Assembly (NCBI GenBank): GCA_036172245.1
Contig: JAYWIR010000004.1
Coordinates: forward strand, 2,790,001 to 2,854,000
From: Raillietiella orientalis
Taxonomy: Eukaryota
Reading direction: 5' to 3'
DNA length: 64,000 bases
This document shows, piece after piece, positions 38,646 to 50,600 of this stretch. The notes under the pieces were generated by a model. It did no database searches and had not been told where the DNA came from. It was given only the letters and a program-made list of their open reading frames with translations. Every line of letters starts with the position of its first letter. Within the stretch, counting starts at the first letter, position 1. The position numbers were made by a program, and so were the translations under genes.

Positions 38646-39304
38646 TCACATTTTGAAAGCTATTTTTGATAAACTTTATTAATTTATTTAGTTCTTTAGG
38701 ATATCTCTAAATGGGATTTTTTTTTTTTTTCTCAGGACGGATTTTTCTTCGGCAAGAAATAGTCTGGCTTTGAGCGATCCAAAGTTTTTATTAATTTTGA
38801 TCACTTCAGATATATTTCTTACGTCTCGATAAAATCTCTACAGACAAAAGTTTTTAATATTGTGTAGAAATATGGGATAATAGGACCTTCCAAGATGCGC
38901 CACACAATTCGTGGGGGGAAATATCGTTATTTTCTTCATTTTTCTGAAATTTCAAATGTTACAAACTGAAATGCTATTTGCTGCTTTAATGAATGAAACT
39001 GACAGCAGGGAATTACCAAAAGCGGAGAAAAATGAAGGATACCAGTTTCAAATGCAAAATCGCTGCACAGATCTTCTTTACTTGCGTCGCTATTTTCACG
39101 GTTTAGAATTATCTCAAAACACCGTTAAAAATGTACAGTGTACTGGTAAGGATTTCGTGGAGAAGCATGAAGTAACAACCAGTGTGCCTAAGGTCAACCT
39201 CTGATGCACGGATGATCGTCGATCCGACGGCATCCGGAAAAGACAGTCAGTAATAAATGTGCACTCTGGAACGATGACATGATCTATGAGCACAAATACA
39301 TGTT

Positions 39305-39520
39305 GGCGTCAGGCTCAATTTAAAGGGGAAACTTTTTCATCAGTATGTTTGCCAAGCATTACGGCTTAGCCAAAACTTTGCAGACGACACGAGCAGTTTC
39401 GGTAAACGCGTTTGGAATGTAGGAAGCATCTTACACTGGACATGGAAGTAGTCTTGGAAATCCTTTTGGATAATCGGAAATGGCACGAAGTGTTTTGTAG
39501 ACATGAAACTGAAATGCCAA
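39305..39520 (+). mobile_element. Decayed CR1/L2/Jockey-like RT remnant
   Basis: GV-GSI-GKLFHQYV (cf. GVPQGSILGPLLFLIYV), NFADDTS, then ECRKHLTLDMEVV (cf. DCxxLQxDL) across frameshifts. Confidence 0.5.
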
Positions 39521-40527
39521 AACAGAACGAAAACGTAGGGAAGAATCCAAACCAAGAGTCGTGGAACCACGAAATGCGCTCGCGTATTTTGTGTATGCTT
39601 CCGTCTGGAGCCCATCGGCATTCTTATGAATTACAAGGAATACACTGGTGCAAATGCAAATAGGATGAAATTTGTCTAGGATGAAACCTGTGTGCTTTAA
39701 TTACACCCGAGAACCATTTGCTTCTTGTAGCTTTTTTTGAAATTCAATTCCACTGAATAAAGGGAGATGCATTCACTTTTATACAGTACAATCAGTAAAG
39801 CTTTTTGTAAATGCTCTCTACCATTTCAGTACCTTGGATGACTGGAATTTATTAACCATAAGTCATGAAATGAATTATGTGTACATTTTTTTTGAATCCC
39901 TGAATGAAAGGGCAATTTGAGAAACACTGGTGGGAATCATGAAACCTAGAGCTGTAAAAACAAATTTGCTTTCAAAGTGTCATTTCCAAATTTAATGCAC
40001 TATATTCTGAGCATGTAATATTCAGCATTAAGAATACTGATATAATACTGTTGTACTGTTACAATGCACATGAAATATTTAAGCATCACATCACATGATC
40101 TCTCCTTCCATACTACCTCAACAGCAATGAGGGGTTCCTGATGTGCTGATGTGATCTCAAGCAAAATCAGATCCTGCCTTCAAAAAGTGATCACCTGCAG
40201 CAACATTTATTTTTAAAACTAATGAAGGTACCAGGCTAAAATCATCATTTATGTTTAGTTTTGATACCTGCTACTAGGCTTCTGTAAAAGGAAAAGAGAG
40301 AAAAACACAGAAAATGGATTTGAAATTTTTTCTTAAACTGTCATACTTGGCATTGTACATTAGGACTTGTGTTACAAAAATACATACATGTAAAAATGTG
40401 TTTATACAACCAGAAAATGTTTAAGTCTGCTACCAACTTACAACAGAAAAACATGTGCAAACAGGCTATGATGAATGATTATGTGTAAAATGATGGTTTC
40501 ATAATTATTATGAACTAAATCTTTATT

Positions 40528-41421
40528 TCATTTCTCATCTGAATCTTCATCTGAATCCAGTGCTGCTCTTCTCCGATCAAACTAAAAGCACATAGCAGCT
40601 TTGGGAACATTAGAACAAAATTATACCTTCACCACAGTACGTTTTTGTGTTTTTTCATTTAACCGCTCAAGCAAAGAAATTAACTCCTGCTCTCCTAATT
40701 TTTCTCTGATTTGTCCTGTTCTTGCCAAATTAATAAGGAGACTTTCAGCCACTTTACCCTTTTCAGGTTTGGCAATTTGCAGTGTGTTTACTGAAATACA
40801 CAATAACTTTCAATTTTCTTTCACCTTATTTTAGGTGCAAAATCCATTCTGATGAAAAATTTTAAATAATAAATGAGCAAGCAGTCATATATACGCCTTG
40901 CAGCATTTTCAAAATAACAGAAGCAACCTTAAATTTCACTATTATCAAATCACCGGGCAATAAACACAAACAGGGTTTTTTTGTGTATTCTTTTACCTTC
41001 AGCTGCAAAGGAAAACAATTAAACTTAGGCTTCATCGGTTTACGAAATCAGTTTTTGCACAGTGGAATGCACGTCTTATTTATTTAGCAAATCTCGAATA
41101 AATCACATATGCAACAAATATTAATACGTGCAAGGTTTATATCTCGTTACAATGGCGATACAATGGTGCACGTAGGCTTTCACAACAAAAATAAATGTAT
41201 AATTACATCGTGCTCGCGCTTTTTGATCTAGAATCTGAGACAAAATGTTATTTTTAAGTTCAATTTCTGCAGCCTTTTTCTCTTCTTCTTTTTCCTTTTC
41301 TTTGGAATCTCCCTGAAACACACCACACACTAGGTCAAGTTCTTAACCACACTCCGTTCTTTACCCCTTGCAGCTGTGCTAATCTCTGGGCTTGAAGAGC
41401 TTGCAGTTCTTGATCAGCCAT
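40528..41421 (-). CDS. PDCD5: Programmed cell death protein 5; 4 exons, 126 aa
   Basis: Exons on minus: 41421-41365 (MADQELQALQAQRLAQLQG), 41312-41207 (GDSKEKE...NNILSQILDQKARAR), 40790-40627 (LNTLQIAKPEKGKVAESLLINLARTGQIREKLGEQELISLL...VVK), 40581-40528 (FDRRRAALDSDEDSDEK*). Total 381 nt; GT-AG introns of 52, 416 and 45 nt. Matches the PDCD5 pattern end to end. Confidence 0.96.
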
Positions 41422-44400
41422 CCCAACAGTAAATTACGACTTACTGGCTCTGCAACATCGTACGAGTACCAAACCGTCTTGTACACAGCTACCGAGAGAG
41501 CTGACCGTGTTCTCATGCAAGTTGGGTATCCAGCCTCGAGAACACGAAAACGAGCGTCACTTCCATAGCGTTCTGGAAGGAAAAAAATCACAGAGGGTTG
41601 ACGGCTGTCAATGGGGCTCCAAACACGGCGTGAAACACATTCAGCCGACGAAATGTCGAACTTTCAAGGACTTTGCCAAAAAGGAAGACGAGCGTGTTCA
41701 CGGTGATTATCTGCATAGCATGTGATGGAGGAACAATTACGAAAATAAAGCTTCCGGGAAAAAAAAGAAAATAAGTTAAAGCAACGATAATGGCACCTCA
41801 TTCCTGGTTCATCGAAACCTGGAAATCCATGATTAGTTGATTGTTGATGATCAAAGCATAGTTTAAAATGGGTTTGGAAGCTGAACCAGCGATAGTGATG
41901 TAATTGGTAACTTGCATTTTTCTTAGTTTAATGTATATCCGAAGGGCAATGAGGGGGAAGGGTGGGCAGAGTAAATAAGGGGATTCAAATTACAAGGAAT
42001 AAATCCAAGTGAGAGTGCAGCCTCGAGTGGTGCAGAGAAATTCCAGTATTCAGCGAATACTGTGGGAAGCCTGCGTGCTACGATGTTAGAACTTCAGGAG
42101 CTTCCTCGGTCAGAATTTCAGTCAATTAAAATTCAAGAGTCCGTTTTTTTTGAAAAAACAAGAAATCTTATCAATGCTTTCCATGCGTTCAAGATTTGAA
42201 TTGACACAAAGAAATGTTCTACATACGAGCAAGTAAAGAAGCCTGAAATGATCTACTAACGCCTGACATTGCAGTAAGATTAGTATTCCTGATGATTTCA
42301 TTTCCTTCACAAAATGTACTCATTACCCGGACTTTCATTCATTTCGTTTTCATTCATCCATTTCTTATCTGCGTCCATTGTCTGAGTTACTCTGCAAGTT
42401 TGTATTGAATCTCCTTGTTGGCCAATGTGCAATGGTCAACATCTACTTCCCCCCAGTGTTATCCCATGGTGTGGACACAGAATTCAGTTTCTGTGTTCAA
42501 AAAGTATATTCGACTAGGTTTTATTCTTGTAGAATAAAAAATGCAAATTCCTGGTGCTCTGCTTGAGGATAACTGGAAAATAGGATCGATAACCTCTTTA
42601 GTTGAAAACTGAACACACATTCTGCAGTTCCCGCTTATCAAGTCTAAAGCAATCTTGAGAAAGCACAGCTTTTCCATAACTTTTCGAAGTTTCGATCTAT
42701 CAATTTTCTTGTTCAACTCAGGACTTTCGCATCCTCGTCGCTTTTTACAGACTGTGTTTCTCACTTTGTATTTGTGCGACTATGTGCTTCACTGTGTGAA
42801 TGCATTTGCTGCTATTGCTGACGTCCTTTGAGATCATTTAAAATTCTTCACTTTGTAAGCATTTTCTCATACTTTACAGCTCATCCCCACATGAACAAAG
42901 GATGATTCATTACAATAACATTTCGGTTTGTTTTTTGTAAGCGACTTTTGAAAATCTTCAAGCTCAACTGTATATTGGAAAACGTTAGGCCGAATTTTCC
43001 AATGAACTGAGAATTTCAGCCTGATGAAGGCTTTTGAACAACGTGATAATCACAGATATAAAAAAAAAAAGTAGTATCCATAACCTTCAATTTAAATGTT
43101 CTGCAGACAATGAAGATCAGGAACTGATTTTTTTTTTTTTTTTCAACATCGAAAAAGGAGGGAAAAAAAAAGAAATGGAGGAAAAATTCCAACTAAAATA
43201 AAAGTAGTTAAATAATACGTCTGTGCACTTTTTGAAAATGCACTAGTTCTTCGAATGACATGGTTACGATTTTCTAAATGATCAGGTACATTTGATTGTT
43301 CTAATTGCCCAAATCAATGAATTATAGTTCGTTTCGGCTTAACCAATTCCATATGTAGATTAAAATCTAGTTAAAGTGAAATTAGTAATGCTACATGGTC
43401 TGCCTATGAAGGATAGTTACGAATAGTTTTACGAAACTGATGATTGCAAGGCAAACTATCTTTGTAAATACTCAACAAAACTTAGCAGTTCTTCTCTGAA
43501 TGCTGCACCAAGACATTCAAACACTTACTGTGGAATGAATTTATACTCTAGTGCAGACATGGGAAATCTGAGGGTCGTGGAATCTCTGTAAGGCAAAGGG
43601 ACCTGCAATTACAATTAAAGTCCTCATTCTGAGACTCGCTGACATGATGACACTCCCTAATGTACCTGATGTAAATAAACTAATAGTTGGACTGGCAAAA
43701 TTAGAAAACCTTCATTTAATGTCTATGGTAAGAAAATAGGACCAAAGAAACTGTTGATAATACAATTATTTCAAATTTAAGAAATTGGCATCCAATGTGT
43801 CTAAAACTATCTTCTACATTTCTTCAATGTGCTGTGGCCTGCTTCGCATTTCTAAAATGGACATATGGTCTCTGGAGACAAAAATGTTGCCTTACGAGAA
43901 TAATCATGTGTTGAGTGAGTGTGTATTTCACGTTCGTGTGAGATGCTGCATACATCCTGCAACAACACGCTTTCGCACGTCATGGAGAGTATGTAGAGTC
44001 CAGTGTTAGCTACTCTGGTGTAAATATGGGTTGTTGGCTGTTAGCCAGCAGGAGCTGAGGGCGTGCCGAAGTTTCTTGCATCGGTTCCTGTAAAAGAACA
44101 AGTGGTGTGCATTGCACCAATTAATTTAGCTGTGTTAGTAGTCTCCTGAAAAATTTTCGATTGTAGAAAGCAATCTGACAAGGTGATTGCTCTTGAGACT
44201 CCTGCAACTCACATACAGAACAGGAGGATCTTTTTTGAAACTTAAAAGTTGCCACAAAAGCGATAGGAAAATTAAATCTTTCTAAAAAGTCTATGAAAGA
44301 AATTCTGAAAAGTATGAGAAGAATACGTGTTCAAAAAAACTGGAGGCAATTGGAAGAAAAGAAGAGTGGATTTCCAAGAAAATAAGCCGATCAGGCCTGT

Positions 44401-44849
44401 GATCATGGGGTGCCAGATTTTAATGTAAACTTTGACATCTGAGGTAAACATGTACGATTGCACTTAGATCGGAAGAATGAATAATAACAGCCTCTGTGAA
44501 CATGATTCCTTAACTTTTTTGACGACACAAGAAGCTGCTGATTCCATTGTACGTGCACATGCCTCCATATAACTATCAATTCTTGGTTGAAGAAAAGCCA
44601 GCCTTCAAGAGTCAAGAGTATGAATGAATGCGAACAATGTCAAAAGCAAACCTCTTCCATGAGAACTTTCCATCTTAAGACATAAGAACAAAGAACTTTC
44701 ATAGGTAACAGATTTGGACATGGTTTACATCTACTATCAGTTCTCATGTCTTGAATGCTAACGAAGTTGCCATCTTTAAAGATGTCTACTATTGATTCAG
44801 TAGATTCTTTGAAATAAAACACTGAATGCGAGGGGAATGATAAGAGAAG

Positions 44850-45114
44850 CATGTGTATATGTCTTCACTAATGAACGTTATGCTTTCTCAATTTCAATGA
44901 CTCATTCTTGGATACAAATCAGCAAAAAATAGACAACCTGCTGCTTTTCGGAGAATTTGGATTTACTGGAGATTCATTCATTTGGAGATTGGATTTACTT
45001 GAGATGAGCTCTATTCATAGAAGATTGGTTCGAAGGATTGAGTGGATTTTTGGATCTTCAGTCACAAAGTTGCAACAAGGAGCAGATGTTCCATGTTTTA
45101 CTATAGATTCATAG
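44850..45114 (+). mobile_element. Decayed CR1/Jockey-like RT remnant
   Basis: VYVFTNERYAF (cf. VYxDFSKAFD), then FGFTGDSFIW..DLL...SSVTKLQQGADVPCFTI (cf. GIxGxLLxW..YL...VTSGVPQGSVLGPLLFTI). Confidence 0.4.
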
Positions 45115-47450
45115 AGACATGTGTTTAATTAATAAGAATGTCGAATAAGCATCAGTTATTTGCAGTCCGATTGCATATGAATTCTGAATTAGTAAACACG
45201 AAAAATGAAAACACATACAAATTGCTTTTACTCTTTCATATATTAGCACCTCAGCGAGAACAGATAAATCAAAACACCTGATGCATTACATTCATCTTGC
45301 ATTTCCTATCTAGAATATAGCAATACACTTGCATTCACATTGACAAAAGAAGGCATGAGCTATAAAAAGTTCATTGCCAAATAACAGTTCATCTAAAAAT
45401 TTTCAGTAGAAAATACGAAAAAATAAAGTTCAGTGGAATTAATTGGCATGATCAGATTACTATTTTTCTATGGAACAGCTTGCGGAAAAATCGAAAGCTA
45501 CACCCAAATGGCATCGATATTAATGGTGAAATACCATTCTCATTTGAAAGATATCAGCCACAAATAGGCACTATAATCCCTACTCATGATTCTTTCAATT
45601 TAAAAGTGAATGCTGATGCATTTTGGGTTATTAGCGACTGCTCTTCTGAGGTAAGTGCAATAGCTAAAGAATAATCAAGCAGGAATTTTCAACTGAATGT
45701 AATATTAGCATCAACTTTCATGGGAACTTTAATACGATTGTAATAGTTAAAACCATCTCATTCTTCGGAGAGTCGATAGCGCTTTACAATATTTTACTCA
45801 CTTGTGGTATTCATACTGAGTCATCACATTTGTAGGTTGACTTTTCACTTTGATCCTATCAGATGGACATGTAATTAAATCGTCAGGAGAAATTACCCCT
45901 TTACATAAAGAGCAGAGCTATTCAAAAGTATATAAAATAATTTTTGCTTCCTAAGTAGTCGGATTGCATTAGTATTGCTTCAGTCATTTTATAGTTTGCT
46001 TTTCTCTTAATGTGTCTGTTCGGCAAAAAAACACTAAACACTAAACACCAAAATCGATATATGAAGTTGCATGCTATAATTTCTAATTTTTGTAATGAGA
46101 TGATGAAATGAAACGAATACCATAACATTTGCAAATGCAGTGTAGGATTAGCAAACATAATTGTCACTCGTAAATAATTCGAAAAGTTTTACCGCAGAAC
46201 GAAGATATGAAAATCAAGGTTTATCTTTCTGTTTTCAAAATGAATCTAAATCACAATCATTTTCCAAGATTTCGCGAAGAATTAGAAATTGTAATTCCAT
46301 TTCATGATTGCAGAAGTAGAACATGTTTAAATTTTTGGTAATGAAGAATGGCTTATTTTCAGTATTTTATCCATCTTTAGTCCAAACCCTTGATGAAGAG
46401 CTGCATCCGTAATTTTTTTCAAGATCAAGACAAGGTAATTGAACTTCAGAGTAGTCATAAGCATCATTAATTCGGTGTACTTAAAAGAGGAATATGCCTG
46501 CTACTTGTATTGATAAATTTAACGCAATTTAAGTGCCATAAGTTTATTTTTCGAGGAAGTGGTGCAAGTGTGCTCATATGACTGCATACTTGTACCATTT
46601 CTTCGCAAAAATTATAGCAAACCATTACATTAAGATGAGTAGATGCATTCAAAAAAAGGGCTTATATATAATATCGATGTCAAGATTCCAGAAAAGCAAT
46701 ATTTCTCGTTTCGGTGTTTATAGATATATATATTTCCATTTTTCCTTCGGTAATCCATTAAATTTTGGTTTTGTAACTAACTTTTGAGATACGAAATGAG
46801 TCGAAAAAAGGGATGATTAATTTGATGCAAATTGGATAATCTTTACTCACTAGCAATTCCAGTAAATGCATATATCAATTTGAAATTCTTTCTATGAAAG
46901 AAATATTATGCTAAAATCTGAAAGAATTTCGGTAGTACAAACCAATTTTAATCTTTAACGAGCTAATTTCACTTGCTCTCCGATTATTGATTACTATTAT
47001 TAAGATTCATTAAATGGTGAACTCAGCACTGTACAAATATCATGTTTGCATTTCTTTACAGTAAGATCTTGAAAATCAATTTCTATTTCTATAGTACGTT
47101 TCTAAAAAAGTTTGAAAACGAATTTATTGCTAATTGTAAAAATGGTAACTTTTTACTTGTAAAACAGTTAAGGTTTAAAATAATTTTGCATTTTTTTTCT
47201 TGAATAATGACTTTTTCCTATTGATATATATTAATTTGTAATTTTTAGTGGAATTTCAATCCTTTTAAATCTCAAACAGGCTTATTTGACTATTTTGATT
47301 TTTACGAGATCCGTTGAATCTTGAAACCCTGATGAAAACAATGTTTCATGTTTTGATGTGTAATGTGTTGTTTTAAAAATTCTCAATTGATCCTCTTTAC
47401 ACATGTCAGATTAATTTAATTTCGTTTTTTGCTTTAGGGTGTTATAATTT

Positions 47451-47477
47451 ATGAAATTTGAGAGCGTTGTGCACTAA
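47451..47477 (+). promoter_or_regulatory. Short uORF (MKFESVVH*) in the lola-like 5' UTR
   Basis: ATG at 47451 and TAA at 47475-47477, between the putative acceptor (47437) and the main ATG (47497). Confidence 0.45.
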
Positions 47478-47496
47478 ATTGCAAGAAATTATATTT

Positions 47497-47664
47497 ATGG
47501 AGCAGCAGTTTTATCTTAAGTGGAACAATCACAATTCTACTTTGCTAAATATGATGAATAGATTATTACGGAATGAAAAGCTAGTTGATGTAACGTTATC
47601 TGCTGAAGGACAAGTTTTGACAGCACACAAGATTGTGTTATCGGCTTGCAGCTCATATTTTGAG
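47497..47664 (+). CDS. lola: lola-like constant coding exon 1 (BTB N-terminal half)
   Basis: MEQQFYLKWNNHNSTLLNMMNRLLRNEKLVDVTLSAEGQVLTAHKIVLSACSSYFE; donor GAG|gtaaac. An upstream acceptor ttttttgctttag ending at 47437 implies a non-coding 5' exon further upstream. Confidence 0.92.
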
Positions 47665-50600
47665 GTAAACCGGGTATTCAGTATTTCATGGTTCTTGAAG
47701 ATGGGAAATGCACAGAGGGTACATTGGGTACAAAAATGATTCGACCTACAATTTCTTTGATTAATTTCGCAAAAAGAAAGTTCACAACGTACCATATGAT
47801 AACAGTGTTATTTTGAAATTAAAATGGTCTTATTGGTAATATTAATAATAATGGGAGCGTTTGCTTCTTCACGTGCGTCAACTTTTGTGATATATTCTTC
47901 CAGCGTTGTGGTAGTTATTGTTTGTACATGTAAATGTACTTCCCTCCGTGTGTACTATTCTGTTTCCGTCTCCAAGTGTAGTTTCCTTGTTTTTGGATTG
48001 TTTGGTTTCCATGTCGGCTTCCTGTATTGCAACGAAATTTGAACCATGATGCATGAATGGTGATTGGAGGATTCGTACTGTATATGCAACACGCAGTACT
48101 TAAGTTACATGTGAATTGTTGAAAGATGCCATACTCAGCAAATACATATGTGTTCATTTGAATAGTTAGTGTATGTATGGAGTGCTTTTTCTGTCCTTTC
48201 TTTTATTCGTTTTCATTTAAGAATCGTAATTTTGCCCTGTGATCCGGCTAGAATGACCAGGTATTAATAAAACTGCAGAACTGAAGCATTAAATTGATTT
48301 CTAAGGGAATAGATCAGTTGAAAATGCTTTGTGAATAGTTTTAGTACTTTTTGACGTATATATACATAAGAAACGATCTGTCGATGACAGTTGCATTAGA
48401 TGGATAATGTAGAATTTAGTAACCAACAAAGAGTACTTCGTCAATACATGCATTAAATTACGCCGAAAATAAAATTAGGAACAATGCGGGTTGGTAATTT
48501 CCTTATAAGGAAAAGTGATCTCGTGAGTGTGTTTTCCATGAACAGTGAAATCTGAGAAGTTTTTTAAATGCTATGATGCAAAGGTAGGCCACCAAGTTCT
48601 GTGTAGTAAAACAAGTTCGCATACTTTAATGATAACTTTTCTATTTGCTTTATTAAATTGGCAATCTGAAAATAAACTGTTACAAAATTTTAAACAATTT
48701 TTGGTGTCCAGTGGTTTTTGATTTGCTGTAGAAATAATTCTGTTAATATTGTCACTGATGTTAACACAGAAACATATCTGTCTCAAATCCACTGATCATT
48801 CATATTTTGGTGAGAGAATGTCTCTGTAGGGTAATTAGTGTTCAAAAGTTTAAATAATGAAGGATGTCTAGCTTATATTGATTTGCATTTTTGCATTATC
48901 ATCATACTACTTATTTCAGATTAATTTGTTTCAAAGTTAGTGTCTCTGTGAATCTCTTATGTAATTACTTTTCATGACATACTCATATTGGGGATGTGGG
49001 TGTTTCATTTGATTCAGAATTTTTAATAAAAAGGGAATAAGCAGCTTTCCTTATATAATAGTTTATCTGTAGGTGTACTCACATGAATTCCAATAATTTT
49101 CATTCTGACCAGTATTCTTGCCTTACTATGTGGCTCGAATGTTTTGTTGTATATTCAACAATGCTGAGAGAGCGAATATGAAAATTCCATTTCCAACAGT
49201 CCTTTACTTTCCAATTCCTTATTTAGTTGTTTGAAGGTGAGGAATTGAAAATTTAGCAAAAAGTCTTTGTGAAGCTGTGTGCATTCTGGAACAACTTCTT
49301 TTTCATTTTGGAAGCTTTCTCTGTATTGTCCCTTTATTCCCCCCCCTCCTCAAAAATAAAAATAAAATAAATAAATAAAAAAAATATACCAAGAAATTCT
49401 CTGGTTGCAAAAGTTTTTTTGTTCATTTAGTTTTTTGTGTACAGTAAATCATCTTAATAGAAATTTGAATAGCAATGAATGTACTTATGCAGTATTTATT
49501 GCCTGTTTGATCTAACTTTGAAATGCAAAGAACCCTTCAAAGCATGTGTTTCATTTAAATAAATTGCTTGTAAGCATTGTGTGCTATTTAGATAGCATAA
49601 ATCATGAAATACATAGGGGAAACCACATAAGAAAACAATGCCCACTGGAATGTTGAAGCAAAATGAATCAAAATACAACAGTATCATTCATATGGTGTTC
49701 TTGTTGGATCAGATACTTATCCACATATTTTCATTTTGGCTTAGTTTTGAGATATATTAGCTGCTTTCCTTCATTTCATAGATAATATTTCTTGGTATTG
49801 AAAGATTGCAGAATTTTCCCCCTGATGAAATCCATGAATAAGATGAATACTCGGATTTAGAATAGTAGCAGTTGAAAAAAGATCAGATACAGATGAGAAT
49901 TAAAGATCCCAGTGTCTAATTTGAGCACTTAAACAAAAATATGCAAAAAAAATTTCGTTTTCGATCACTTAATCTAATAATAAAACTGATTAGATTTGTC
50001 TTAATTCGTGTTATTAATCTGTAATGATGAATCGAAATTTTGATGCACGAAAACTTAATTAATTGTATTGCATAAATAAATAAAAAATGGGCAGTTGGCT
50101 TGATGTGCCCATGTTTCTTTATGTGCTGTCAACTTTTTGGTTAAAAATGTCTTGCAAGCTGCTATTTTGATGTTCAGCTACCATGTATTGGAATTCATCA
50201 GTAGTGGCTTAGCAATTACATTCCCACCATGGTGAAGCTATATTAGATGTGACAGTTTCTATTAATTTGAAAACAGGGTGTCAGAAATGCATCTCACATT
50301 TTGCTGATTTTCCCTAATCACCCATCATTTTTCAAGAGTTGGTTTGTGCTTTCTAGGGAGGTCACTGTTGAAATCCTGCTATGAGCATTTAAAATTCCCT
50401 AGTTACTCATCTCGTCCTTTCCTACTTGTTTCTTCACAAAAATCTAGCAAACAACACTATGAAACCATAATGTTAAGGTATTAGTAGTAAGGTTTTAAAC
50501 AGTTAGCGTTATTTCAAGAAATGCTCCTGTCTAGTCTATGTTGCATTATTTCATTCTACAGAATTGCTCCACAAATTCAACAACACAATTATACAGTCAA

